Positions 14,876-23,875 are shown, counted from the stretch's first letter. The stretch is DNA of 64,000 bases from Ramlibacter sp. (GCA_016713005.1 JADJPY010000008.1:1-64000), one strand, 5' to 3'. Notes: generated by a model from the letters alone, not told the origin. Numbers and translations are program-made.

Positions 14876-16120
14876 GTGCCGGGATGCCAAGGAGAAACAC
14901 CATGGAAGAAACCAACTACATCGAAGAAGAACCCTGGCGGCGTGCCCATCAGGATGTGGACGCGCGGTGTGCCGGTGGAAGACGCGGCCAGGCGCCAGCT
15001 GACGAATGCAGCCCGCCTGCCGGTTGTCTTCCCGCACATCGCGGTCATGCCCGACGTGCACCTGGGCATCGGCGCTACGGTCGGTTCGGTCATCCCCACC
15101 CTGCGCGCCATCATTCCGGCGGCGGTGGGCGTGGACATTGGCTGCGGCATGATGGCCTGCAAGACCACGTTGGTGGCGAGCGACCTGCCCGACAACCTGG
15201 GGCCGCTGCGCGAGGCGATCGAGCGCACGGTGCCGCACGGGCGCTCCCCCGGCGCGCGCGACCCCGGCGCTTGGGGCAAGGTACCGGGCTCGGTGGACAC
15301 GGCCTGGGCGCAGCTGGAGCCCGATTTCACCGAGCTGTGCCGCGACTACCCCAAGCTGGCCAAAACCAACAACCGCGCCCACCTGGGCACGCTGGGCACG
15401 GGCAACCACTTCATCGAGGTCTGCCTGGACGAAGCGGGGTTTGTGTGGTTCATGCTGCACTCGGGCTCGCGCGGCGTGGGCAACTTCATCGGCACGATGT
15501 TCATCGAGCTGGCGAAGCAGGACGCAATGCGCAACCAGGTCAACCTGCCGGACCGCGACCTGGCCTACTTCGAGGAAGGTTCGCGCTACTTTGGCGATTA
15601 CGTGCGCGCCGTGGGCTGGGCCCAGCGCTTTGCGGCGCTGAACCGCGAGGTGATGATGCGCCATGTGATCGAAGTCACCAAGACGGTGATCCGCAAGAGC
15701 TTCCAGGCACACATCGAGGCGGTGAACTGCCACCACAACTATGTGCAGAAGGAGCACCACTTCGGAGAAGACGTGTACGTCACCCGCAAGGGCGCGGTCA
15801 GCGCGAAGGTCGGGCAGCTGGGGATCATCCCCGGCAGCATGGGCGCGCGCAGCTACATCGTGCGTGGCAAGGGCAACCCAGAGTCGTTCGAGTCCTGCTC
15901 GCACGGCGCCGGGCGCGTCATGAGCCGCGGCGACGCCAAACGCCGCTTTACCCTGGCGGACCACCGAGCTGCCACCGAGGGCGTGGAGTGCCGCAAGGAT
16001 CAGGGCGTCATCGACGAGACGCCCGCCGCGTACAAGGACATTGACGCGGTGATGGCGGCGCAGGACGACCTGGTGGAGGTGCTGCACACCCTCAAGCAGG
16101 TCGTGTGCGTCAAGGGGTAA
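14876..16120 (+). CDS. rtcB: RNA-splicing ligase RtcB (3'-phosphate/5'-OH RNA ligase); N-terminus ambiguous and probably frameshifted
   Basis: Strong similarity to E. coli RtcB from MWTRGVPVEDAARRQL...HIAVMPDVHLGIGATVGSVIPT through the C-terminal HGAGR motif. The ORF track frame starts at GTG 14876 with no SD. An SD (AAGGAG, 14889-14894) plus ATG 14902 lie in the +2 frame. Confidence 0.85.
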   Translation: MPGCQGETPWKKPTTSKKNPGGVPIRMWTRGVPVEDAARRQLTNAARLPVVFPHIAVMPDVHLGIGATVGSVIPTLRAIIPAAVGVDIGCGMMACKTTLVASDLPDNLGPLREAIERTVPHGRSPGARDPGAWGKVPGSVDTAWAQLEPDFTELCRDYPKLAKTNNRAHLGTLGTGNHFIEVCLDEAGFVWFMLHSGSRGVGNFIGTMFIELAKQDAMRNQVNLPDRDLAYFEEGSRYFGDYVRAVGWAQRFAALNREVMMRHVIEVTKTVIRKSFQAHIEAVNCHHNYVQKEHHFGEDVYVTRKGAVSAKVGQLGIIPGSMGARSYIVRGKGNPESFESCSHGAGRVMSRGDAKRRFTLADHRAATEGVECRKDQGVIDETPAAYKDIDAVMAAQDDLVEVLHTLKQVVCVKG

Positions 16121-16133
16121 CTGCGCCCCGTGC

Positions 16134-16172
16134 AAAAAGGGCCTGTCGCGATGCGGCAGGCCCTTTTTCTTT
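16134..16172. terminator. Bidirectional rho-independent terminator (A5-GGGCCTG...CAGGCCC-T5CT3) between convergent rtcB and scoB
   Basis: Read directly. An A-run precedes the hairpin and a T-run follows it. Confidence 0.75.
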
Positions 16173-16199
16173 GTCCGCCGCAGCGGCCCTCACCGCACC

Positions 16200-16838
16200 C
16201 TAGTGCAGCTTGACGCCCGTCTTGCTCTGCGCGAACTCGTGGGTCACGCCGGGGGCCAGCTCCACCACCTTCAGCCCCTGGGGCGTCACGTCAAAGACGC
16301 CCAGGTCGGTGATCAGTCGGTCCACCACGCCCACGCCCGTCAGGGGCAGCGTGCACTTGGGGAGGATCTTGAGGTCTTCGGTGCCGTCCTTCTTCTTGGC
16401 CACATGCTCCATCAGCACGATGACGCGCTTGACGCCAGCCACCAGGTCCATCGCGCCGCCCATGCCCTTGACCATCTTGCCGGGGATCATCCAGTTGGCC
16501 AGGTCGCCGTGCTCGCTGACCTGCATGGCGCCCAGGATGGACAGGTTGATCTTGCCGCCGCGGATCATGGCAAAGCTGTCGTGGCTGCCAAAGATGCTGC
16601 TGCCCTTGATGGTGGTCACCGTCTGCTTGCCGGCGTTGATCAGGTCGGCGTCGACTTCGTCCTCGGTGGGGAACGGGCCGATGCCCAGCATGCCGTTCTC
16701 GGACTGCAGCCACACCTCCTTGTCGGCGGGCACAAAATTGGCCACCAGCGTGGGAATGCCTATCCCGAGGTTGACGTAAAAACCGTCTTCGAGCTCACGG
16801 GCCGCACGGGCGGCCATCTGGTCTTGATTCCACGACAT
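16200..16838 (-). CDS. scoB: 3-oxoacid CoA-transferase subunit B (ScoB/AtoA family)
   Basis: Homology pattern [30 protein letters not shown]...SENG. Confidence 0.9.
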   Translation of the reverse strand: MSWNQDQMAARAARELEDGFYVNLGIGIPTLVANFVPADKEVWLQSENGMLGIGPFPTEDEVDADLINAGKQTVTTIKGSSIFGSHDSFAMIRGGKINLSILGAMQVSEHGDLANWMIPGKMVKGMGGAMDLVAGVKRVIVLMEHVAKKKDGTEDLKILPKCTLPLTGVGVVDRLITDLGVFDVTPQGLKVVELAPGVTHEFAQSKTGVKLH

Positions 16839-16870
16839 TGAATGCTCCTGATTTCTCGGTGACGGCGGGC

Positions 16871-17578
16871 TCAGACGCCCGCCTTTTCGGTAATCGTGCG
16901 CTTCTCGATGCGCTTCTCGGGGGTGGCGTTGAGCACGATGCGGTGCACATAGATGCCGGGCAGGTGGACCTGGTCGGGCGCCATCGCACCGGTCTCCACG
17001 ATCTCTTCCACTTCCACCACGCAGATCTTGCCGGCCATGGCCGCGGCGGGGTTGAAGTTGCGCGCGGTCAGGCGGAACTGCAGGTTGCCGGATTTGTCGG
17101 CGCGCCAGGCCTTGACCAGGGAAACATCGGGCACAAGCGAACGCTCCATCACATACTGTTCGCCATCGAACTCGCGGATTTCCTTGCCTTCGGCCACGAT
17201 GGTGCCCACACCGGTCTTGGTGAAGAACGCCGGGATGCCCGCACCGCCGGCGCGCAGCTTCTCGGCCAGCGTGCCCTGGGGGGTGAATTCAAGCGCCAGT
17301 TCGCCAGCCAGGTACTGGCGTTCGAACTCCTTGTTCTCGCCCACGTAGGACGAAATCATCTTCTTGATCTGGCGCGTCTCCAGCAGCTTGCCCAGCCCGA
17401 AGCCGTCGACGCCGGCGTTGTTGGAAATGGCGGTGAGGTTCTTCACGCCGGAATCGCGCAGCGCATCGATTAGCGCCTCGGGGATGCCGCACAGGCCGAA
17501 ACCGCCCACGGCGAGCAGTTGCCCGTCCTGGACAATGCCCTTGAGCGCCGCGGCGGCGTTGGGGTAAATCTTGTTCAC
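16871..17578 (-). CDS. scoA: 3-oxoacid CoA-transferase subunit A (ScoA/AtoD family)
   Basis: Probable GTG start at (M)[33 protein letters not shown]. The ORF track frame is 16871..17599. Confidence 0.85.
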   Translation of the reverse strand: MNKIYPNAAAALKGIVQDGQLLAVGGFGLCGIPEALIDALRDSGVKNLTAISNNAGVDGFGLGKLLETRQIKKMISSYVGENKEFERQYLAGELALEFTPQGTLAEKLRAGGAGIPAFFTKTGVGTIVAEGKEIREFDGEQYVMERSLVPDVSLVKAWRADKSGNLQFRLTARNFNPAAAMAGKICVVEVEEIVETGAMAPDQVHLPGIYVHRIVLNATPEKRIEKRTITEKAGV

Positions 17579-17605
17579 GCTGGTCTCCTTGGATCGCAAT
17601 CCCGC

Positions 17606-17634
17606 ACGATACTACGTAGAGGTTTAGGTAGTAT
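17606..17634. promoter_or_regulatory. Inverted repeat ATACTACGTAG-N-GTAGTAT in the divergent scoA / PAS-LuxR promoter region
   Basis: Read directly. Confidence 0.4.
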
Positions 17635-17640
17635 TCCGTA

Positions 17641-18204
17641 ATGGCAAGCCCGAAAGCGTACCCCGTCGTCGATTACCAGCTGGCATTTGACCTGGCGCCC
17701 ATCGGCATGGTGCTGTCGCGCAACCGCGCGATCATGGACTGCAACCAGCGCGTGTGCGAGATGTTCGGCTTCAGCCGCGAACTTCTGGTGGGGCAGTCCT
17801 TTCAGGTGATGTACCCCAGCGCCGACGAGTACGAGCGCACCGGCGTGCGCATCGCACCCCTGCTGGGCCGTGGCGGCACCTACGCCGACGACCGGATCAT
17901 GAAGCGCGCCAGTGGCGAGCTGTTCTGGTGCCACGTGACCGGGCGCGCGCTGGACCCCGGCGATCCGCATGCCGCCGGCATCTGGGGCTTTGAGGACCTG
18001 AGCTCACAACGCCCCGTCAAGGCCGAGCTGACCCCGCGCGAGCGCGAGGTCGCTGCCAACCTGCTGGCGGGCCTGACCAGCAAGGAAATCGGCAAGACGC
18101 TGGCCATCAGTCACCGCACGGTGGAGATCTACCGGGCCCGGCTGATGCGCAAGTACAAGGCCAGCACCACCGGCGACCTGGTGCACAAGCTCATGGCGGG
18201 GTGA
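17641..18204 (+). CDS. PAS-domain LuxR-family (HTH) transcriptional regulator
   Basis: PAS-like N-terminus. C-terminal LuxR HTH TPREREVAANLLAGLTSKEIGKTLAISHRTVEIYRARLMRK. Confidence 0.8.
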   Translation: MASPKAYPVVDYQLAFDLAPIGMVLSRNRAIMDCNQRVCEMFGFSRELLVGQSFQVMYPSADEYERTGVRIAPLLGRGGTYADDRIMKRASGELFWCHVTGRALDPGDPHAAGIWGFEDLSSQRPVKAELTPREREVAANLLAGLTSKEIGKTLAISHRTVEIYRARLMRKYKASTTGDLVHKLMAG

Positions 18205-18210
18205 TTGGGC

Positions 18211-18666
18211 ATGAATATCCTGCGCCGACGCTTCCGCCGCATCCGCCTGTTCACCCGACGCGGGTTGCTCTACTCGCTGTTGCTCTCACTCGTCATCCTC
18301 GCGCTGGGCGGGCTGGGCTTCTGGGCGATCGAGCCAGGAGTTCACTCGTTTGGCGACGGCTTGTGGCTCGCGTTCACCACCGCCGCCACGGTGGGGTATG
18401 GCGACATCGTGCCGCACACCTGGGCCGGCCGGCTGTTTGCGGTGCTGGTGGTACTGCTGGGGCTGGGCGTACTGTCGCTGGTTACAGCGTCAGTTGCAGC
18501 GATTTTTGTGCAAACCGAGGAACGCCAGATCGAGCGCGACCTGATGCAGGAAATGGCACGCCTGCACGCGCAGATTTCCGAATTGCAGGAGGCGGTGGCG
18601 CGGCTCGATGCAGGCGATCGTGACCCACGAAGGCCCCGCCCCGGAATCACTGAAAATTCACAGTGA
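18211..18666 (+). CDS. Small two-TM potassium channel protein (ion-transport-2 family, TVGYGD selectivity filter)
   Basis: FTTAATVGYGDIVP motif. ATG at 18211; the ORF track gives a TTG at 18205 immediately after the regulator stop. Confidence 0.8.
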   Translation: MNILRRRFRRIRLFTRRGLLYSLLLSLVILALGGLGFWAIEPGVHSFGDGLWLAFTTAATVGYGDIVPHTWAGRLFAVLVVLLGLGVLSLVTASVAAIFVQTEERQIERDLMQEMARLHAQISELQEAVARLDAGDRDPRRPRPGITENSQ

Positions 18667-18700
18667 AATCGTCATCCAGCCCCCGCCAATGCTTGCTGAC

Positions 18701-18724
18701 CCGCTACTGAATTGATAGCAATCA
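18701..18724. repeat. Same family, reverse orientation (CCGCTACTGAATTGATAGCAATCA); provides the kinase TGA stop
   Basis: Read directly. Confidence 0.65.
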
Positions 18725-20152
18725 CGCATCCATTCCGGCCAGTTGGCCGAACGGCAACGTCTGCTTGACCAGCAACACCGTGCACGGTGCGTCCATTGCC
18801 ACCTTGATGGGCACGGTGGCGATCAGCCGCTGCATCTGCAGGCCATGGGTGGCGGCACCCATCACGATGATGCTGACGTGGTTGCCCTCGGCGTAGCGCA
18901 ACAGCGCGTGCGCCACATCGCCAGACTCCAGCACGTGGTACGAGGTCTGGTGGCCGGCCAGATCCAGCGGTTTCGCCCATTGCTGAAGCATGCCCAGGTG
19001 CTGGCGGTGCAACTGGGTCTCGCTGGACGCCTCGTCGGTGCCCGAGGTCGGCGGTATCACCGTGACACAGGCCAGACGGGCCCCGGGCCGCGTGCCCAAA
19101 GAGCGCTGCACCGCCTGGCGCAGTGAATACAGCGTGGCGTCGGTCACGTCGCGGTGCGGCACCGCCACCATGACGATGGGGACTTCCTGGATCTGCTCCT
19201 GGGGCAGCGGGCTTGGCTGGTAGTGCATGCCGGCGGCGCGCAGCCAGCGGCGAAAGTGCTCGCCGAAGCCCGTGGCCGTGGTGCGCTCTCCGCGCTGGGT
19301 GACGACGACATGGTCCGGGTGGCTCAGGTCAAAGGCCAGGTGAGCCGCCGACGGGTAGCGCTGCGCCGCCTCGGGGGCCAGGCAGCGCAGCGTCACCTCC
19401 TGCAGCCAGGCGGGCAGCTGGGGCTGCAGCTTGCGGGGGGGCATCGGGTCCACCCACAGACGCTGGCGCAGTCCGCCGGCGGTTTGCGGGTCGCCAAAGG
19501 GCAACTCGCGTGTGGCCATCTCGTACAGCATCACGCCGATGGCGAACAGGTCGCTGCGCGGGTCCCCGCGCACGCCCACCACCTGTTCGGGCGCGATCCA
19601 CACCGGCGAGCCCACCGCCTTGCGCATCTCTTCGGCCAGCAAGTCGGGGTACTGCGCGTGGCAGGACAGGCCAAAGTCCAGCAACACGGCTTCGCCGTCG
19701 GCGCGCAACACCACGTTGGCGGGTTTGAGGTCAAGGTGGCAGACGTTCTGGCGGTGCAGGCTGTGCACGGCACGCGCCATCGCAGCGCCCACTGCGCGGA
19801 TCTGCTCCAGTGGCAGCGGGCCTGGCGTGCTGTCCAGCAGGTGCTGCAGCGTGTCGCCTTCGATGTATTCCATGACGATGTAGGGCAGTACCTGCAGGTC
19901 GCCGGCCGCCACAAAGCGCGGCACATGCGGGCCACGCAGCACCGGCTGGATCTGCACCTCGACCTCGAAGCTGACGATGTTCTCTGCGCCGTCGCCAGCC
20001 GTCATGCGCGGAATCTTCATTGCCATGGGGAAAGGCTCGGCGCGGCCCTCGTCGGCATAGCCCACGCGGTAAATGTGAGCCATGCCGCCGGCGTGCAGGC
20101 ATTCGCCCACAAGAAAGCCATCCAGCACGGTGCCGGGTTCCAGCAGCTTCAT
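18722..20152 (-). CDS. Hanks-type Ser/Thr protein kinase fused to a C-terminal universal stress protein (UspA) domain
   Basis: Kinase motifs HLDLKPANVVL, DFG, APE. The C-terminal about 150 aa form a Usp-like alpha/beta domain. Confidence 0.8.
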   Translation of the reverse strand: MKLLEPGTVLDGFLVGECLHAGGMAHIYRVGYADEGRAEPFPMAMKIPRMTAGDGAENIVSFEVEVQIQPVLRGPHVPRFVAAGDLQVLPYIVMEYIEGDTLQHLLDSTPGPLPLEQIRAVGAAMARAVHSLHRQNVCHLDLKPANVVLRADGEAVLLDFGLSCHAQYPDLLAEEMRKAVGSPVWIAPEQVVGVRGDPRSDLFAIGVMLYEMATRELPFGDPQTAGGLRQRLWVDPMPPRKLQPQLPAWLQEVTLRCLAPEAAQRYPSAAHLAFDLSHPDHVVVTQRGERTTATGFGEHFRRWLRAAGMHYQPSPLPQEQIQEVPIVMVAVPHRDVTDATLYSLRQAVQRSLGTRPGARLACVTVIPPTSGTDEASSETQLHRQHLGMLQQWAKPLDLAGHQTSYHVLESGDVAHALLRYAEGNHVSIIVMGAATHGLQMQRLIATVPIKVAMDAPCTVLLVKQTLPFGQLAGMDA

Positions 20153-20907
20153 CGTCCTGACTCCAGGCGTCGGGCAAAGTGTTCGGGCTGGCCGGCCGCG
20201 CGGATGGCGGCGGCAGCGCCCAAGTGGTCGTAGGGCACACGGTGGAAGGTCAACTGCAGGGCAACCTCATCCAGCATCGCGTACATGGCGGTGGTGCGGC
20301 CGTCGCGCGGCTGCCCGACAGAGCCCACGGTGGCCAACCAGTGGCGATGGCGTGGCACAGGCAAGGGCGCGCCGGGGATGGGGTCAAACTGCATCAGGCC
20401 ACGCCCGGCGCCGCGGTAGTACACCGTCTGGTGGTGGACATGGCCGACAAACAGATGGCGTATGTCGGTGCCCGCAGCGTCCAGGCAGGCCGCGGCCCGG
20501 TGTGTGTTGTCGATGTAATGCCATTGGCCGGGTTCGCTCGCGCTGGCGTGGACCAGCAGCAACGAATCGTGCCGGTACACCATTGGCAGCGCGGCCAGGA
20601 AGTCGAGTTGCGCGGGCGAGAGTTGCGCATGCGTCCAGGCAGCGCCGACACTTTCCATGGTCTCGCCACCGTCTGCAGCAGGTGGCGGTGGAGCCACAGC
20701 CAGCGCATCATGGTTGCCTTGCAGCACCACCGCGCCCTCCAGGGCCAGGGCCATGGCGCGGTCCACCACGGCGGCCGGCTCGGCACCATACCCGACGAGG
20801 TCACCCAGCAGGGCAAAGCGCCGTGCACCCTGCGCGCGCGCATGGGCCAGACAGGCGTCCAGCGCCCGCACATTGGCGTGGATGTCCGACAGCAAGGCCA
20901 GTTTCAT
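20149..20907 (-). CDS. PPP-family metallophosphoesterase (Ser/Thr protein phosphatase-like)
   Basis: Motifs DIHAN, GDLVGYG, GNHD, GHVH. Its stop overlaps the kinase start (ATGA). Confidence 0.8.
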   Translation of the reverse strand: MKLALLSDIHANVRALDACLAHARAQGARRFALLGDLVGYGAEPAAVVDRAMALALEGAVVLQGNHDALAVAPPPPAADGGETMESVGAAWTHAQLSPAQLDFLAALPMVYRHDSLLLVHASASEPGQWHYIDNTHRAAACLDAAGTDIRHLFVGHVHHQTVYYRGAGRGLMQFDPIPGAPLPVPRHRHWLATVGSVGQPRDGRTTAMYAMLDEVALQLTFHRVPYDHLGAAAAIRAAGQPEHFARRLESGR

Positions 20908-21044
20908 GAGGGGTTGTCTCCTGCGCGGATGTTGCGCCCGCTTCCTGATGGGAAGCTTGCGCGCGACAGGACAAATCAGCCTTGATACAGGTCAAGGCCG
21001 GCCGGCGGGTGCGGTCCGCCGTCGAGCGGGGTCAGACAGGCCGT

Positions 21045-21428
21045 TCAGGCCGGCCGGGAAGGAGCGTCGATCACCTCGGACGCGCTGCGAAACGCATCCA
21101 CCGCAGCGGGAAAGCCGCAGTACACGCTGGCATGAAGAAAGATCTCCTGCAGCTCCTGCGGCGTGACGCCGTTGTTCAGCGCGCCGCGCACATGGATCTT
21201 GAGCTCGTGCATGCGCCCCAGCGCCACCAGCATCGACACGGTGACGATGCTGCGGGTCTTGAGGTCAATGCCGTCCCGCTGCCAGGTGTTGCCCCAGGCG
21301 TGGCGGGTCACCAGGTCCTGCAGCGGGCGGGTGAAGTCTGTGGCGCGGTCCAGCGCGCCCTGCACATAGGCGTCGCCCAGCACGGCGCGGCGGCGGGCCA
21401 TGCCCTTGTCGTAGATCGGGTCGTTCAT
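21045..21428 (-). CDS. Carboxymuconolactone decarboxylase-family protein (PcaC-like)
   Basis: MNDPIYDKGMARRRAVLGDAYV...GFPAAVDAF. SD AGGAGC. ATG at 21426-21428. Confidence 0.75.
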   Translation of the reverse strand: MNDPIYDKGMARRRAVLGDAYVQGALDRATDFTRPLQDLVTRHAWGNTWQRDGIDLKTRSIVTVSMLVALGRMHELKIHVRGALNNGVTPQELQEIFLHASVYCGFPAAVDAFRSASEVIDAPSRPA

Positions 21429-21485
21429 GAAAGCTCCTGGGGACAATGCCCCTAGGATAATGCCCTGGCAATCCAAGGAGTTCCC

Positions 21486-22070
21486 ATGAGCCGCTATCCC
21501 GCCCCTGAAATCAAGGACCTGCCCGAAGACATCCGCGCCAAGGTGCTGGAGGTGCAGGAAAAGGCGGGCTTCGTGCCCAACGTGTTCCTCGCATTTGCGC
21601 GCCGGCCTGCCGAGTGGCGCGCCTTCTTCGCGTACCACGACGCGCTGATGGTGCCCGAGTCCGTGGGACGCACCAGCAACCTGACCAAGGGCGACCGCGA
21701 GATGATCGTCACCACCACCAGCGCGGCCAACAACTGCCTGTATTGCGTGGTGGCGCACGGCGCGATCCTGCGCATTTACGAGAAAAAGCCGCTTGTGGCC
21801 GACCAGGTGGCGATCAACTACAAGAAGGCCGACATCACGCCACGCCAGCGCGCGATGCTGGACTTCGCCATGAAGGTCTGCCTGCACTCCGACGAGATCA
21901 GCGACGCCGACTTCGCGCCATTGCACGCGCACGGCTTTGACGACGAGGACATCTGGGACATTGCGGCGATCACGGCGTTCTTTGGCCTGTCCAACCGCAT
22001 GGCCAGCTTCAGCCACATGTTGCCCAACCCCGAGTTCTATCTGATGGGTCGGGTGCCGAAAGCGAAATAG
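21486..22070 (+). CDS. AhpD-like / peroxidase-related CMD-family protein (CxxC motif)
   Basis: NNCLYCVVAHG motif. Confidence 0.75.
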   Translation: MSRYPAPEIKDLPEDIRAKVLEVQEKAGFVPNVFLAFARRPAEWRAFFAYHDALMVPESVGRTSNLTKGDREMIVTTTSAANNCLYCVVAHGAILRIYEKKPLVADQVAINYKKADITPRQRAMLDFAMKVCLHSDEISDADFAPLHAHGFDDEDIWDIAAITAFFGLSNRMASFSHMLPNPEFYLMGRVPKAK

Positions 22071-22077
22071 CCGGTGT

Positions 22078-22106
22078 TTGCTATGCTTTTGATAGCTAAC
22101 TAGTGA
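22078..22106. repeat. Variant of the family (TTGCTATGCTTTTGATAGCTAACTAG) between convergent AhpD-like and eptA-like genes
   Basis: Read directly. Confidence 0.5.
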
Positions 22107-23875
22107 GTCTGCACGGGGGCTGAGGCCAGTTTTCCATGGAAATCCGGGCGGCAGGCCGCCCAGGCGTCCAGCGGGGCCCGGTACGCGGGGGACTGCACAT
22201 CCAGGAAGCCCAGCACGGTGTGGAAGTAGTTGTCGTGCGTCAGGGGGGCGTCCAGCGAAGTCTGCAGGCAGTCCCTGTCCATGTGGCGCCGCGCGCCCAG
22301 CCCGCCATCCAGCCAGGCCACCATGGGCACCTGCTTCTGCACGTCGGGGGCAAAGGCATAGGGCACGCCATGCAGGTACAGCCCGTATTCGCCAAGCGAC
22401 TCCCCATGATCGGAGACGTACAGCATCGCCGTATCAAACTGGCGGCTGCGCGACTTCAGCCATTGCACGGTGGACGCAAGAAAGTGGTCGGTGTATGCGA
22501 TGGAGTTGTCGTAGCCGTTGAGCACCTCCTGCTGAGGGCATTCGGACAGCACGGTGTTTGTGCACTCGGGCATGAAGCGCTTGTAGGCCGGGGTTGCACG
22601 CTTGTAGTACGCTGGCCCGTGGCTGCCCATCTGGTGCATCACGATCACCACACCATTGCGCCGCTGCGCCTCGGGCAGCGACAGGATGCGTTCGTCCAGC
22701 CCGTGCAACAAGGCTTCATCCATGCACTCGCCGTCCTGGCACAGGCCGGCCAGCGCGGGCTGCCTGGCCACGGCTGCGGTGGATGCGCTGGCAACACGGT
22801 TGCATACCCCCTTGCAGCCGGACTGGTTGTCCAGCCACAGCACGGCCAGGCCAGCCGACTGCAGCACATCGAGCAGGTTGCCGTATTCGGCGTCACGCTT
22901 CTCGTAGCCCGTCTTGCCCAGACTGGAGAACATGCACGGAACCGACGCCAGCGTGTTGGTGCCGCACGAGCGAACGTTGCGCCAGCTCAGCACGTCCAGC
23001 CCGGCCAGTTCGGGCGTGGTGTCACGCGCATAGCCATTGAGCGAAAAGTTGCCGGCTCTGGCCGTTTCGCCAACCACCAATACCAGCAGCGGCACCCGTG
23101 TCTGGCCAGCGTAGCTGGTGCCCAACGCCGCGCCTGCGCTGATGGGGACAAAAGGCTTGCCGCGCTTGAACAGCGGCTTGAGCGTGACCGACGCCGTTGA
23201 CAGGATGCTGGCCAGGGGGTTGATGGTGTAGCGCAGGTGCATGTGGCTGCGCACCAGGGGGGCAATCTGCCGGTACATCACCAGCGTGCCGCCCGCCAAC
23301 AGGCCAACGCTGGCCGCCAGCAACAGCGCCGAGCGCGCCAGCTGCCCCCAGGCGCTGCGGCGCGCCAGCAGCGGCAGCCGCCACAACCACAGCGTGGGCA
23401 AGCCGGCCACCAGCAGCACATGGCCCACCAGGCCGGGACTGAGCAGGTCGCGCGCCTCACGCGCGTCCGTCGCCAGCACGTTGCCGACCATGGTGGTGTC
23501 TATCAGGACGCCGAAATCCAGCATGTAGTGCTGGGCGACCCCGGCGAGGACCAGCAGCGCCACCCACACCGGCTTCATTCCGCGCGGCCAGGCCAGCAGG
23601 GACAACAGCACCGTGGTGGCGGACCACACCAGCACGGCGATGCCCAGCAGCAGCACCGGTTGGGAAAAGGCCCCCACCCCGACCCGGAACAGTTCGCTCC
23701 ACAGCGCCAGGTTGCCGGCCACCGTGACCCACAGCGCCAGCGCAACCACCACAGCCTGCGGCGAGCGGGGCGCTAGCCACAAGCGGCGCAGCGCCAGCCA
23801 CAACGGGCCAAGGATCAGGGCAAAGGTCGGGCTCGCAGCGCCAGCGGCGGAGTGCGCGGATGTGTTGGTAGGCAT
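22100..23875 (-). CDS. Phosphoethanolamine transferase (EptA/MCR family, sulfatase-like C-terminal domain with N-terminal TM helices)
   Basis: Five TM helices, then the sulfatase domain motifs NVRSCGTNT..., DHGESLGE. Confidence 0.8.
   Translation of the reverse strand: MPTNTSAHSAAGAASPTFALILGPLWLALRRLWLAPRSPQAVVVALALWVTVAGNLALWSELFRVGVGAFSQPVLLLGIAVLVWSATTVLLSLLAWPRGMKPVWVALLVLAGVAQHYMLDFGVLIDTTMVGNVLATDAREARDLLSPGLVGHVLLVAGLPTLWLWRLPLLARRSAWGQLARSALLLAASVGLLAGGTLVMYRQIAPLVRSHMHLRYTINPLASILSTASVTLKPLFKRGKPFVPISAGAALGTSYAGQTRVPLLVLVVGETARAGNFSLNGYARDTTPELAGLDVLSWRNVRSCGTNTLASVPCMFSSLGKTGYEKRDAEYGNLLDVLQSAGLAVLWLDNQSGCKGVCNRVASASTAAVARQPALAGLCQDGECMDEALLHGLDERILSLPEAQRRNGVVIVMHQMGSHGPAYYKRATPAYKRFMPECTNTVLSECPQQEVLNGYDNSIAYTDHFLASTVQWLKSRSRQFDTAMLYVSDHGESLGEYGLYLHGVPYAFAPDVQKQVPMVAWLDGGLGARRHMDRDCLQTSLDAPLTHDNYFHTVLGFLDVQSPAYRAPLDAWAACRPDFHGKLASAPVQTH

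Noticed and set aside
12461-16135. 1224-aa minus-strand ORF across the SPFH and rtcB region
   Set aside because: Ala/Arg/Gly-rich antisense artefact of a high-GC region. The recognisable SPFH and RtcB homology is on the plus strand. Its end encodes GFEPAT, the antisense of a tRNA T-loop.
10594-16172. Integrase, transposase or CRISPR features associated with the island
   Set aside because: None was found by reading. No CRISPR-like regularly spaced repeats occur anywhere in the window.
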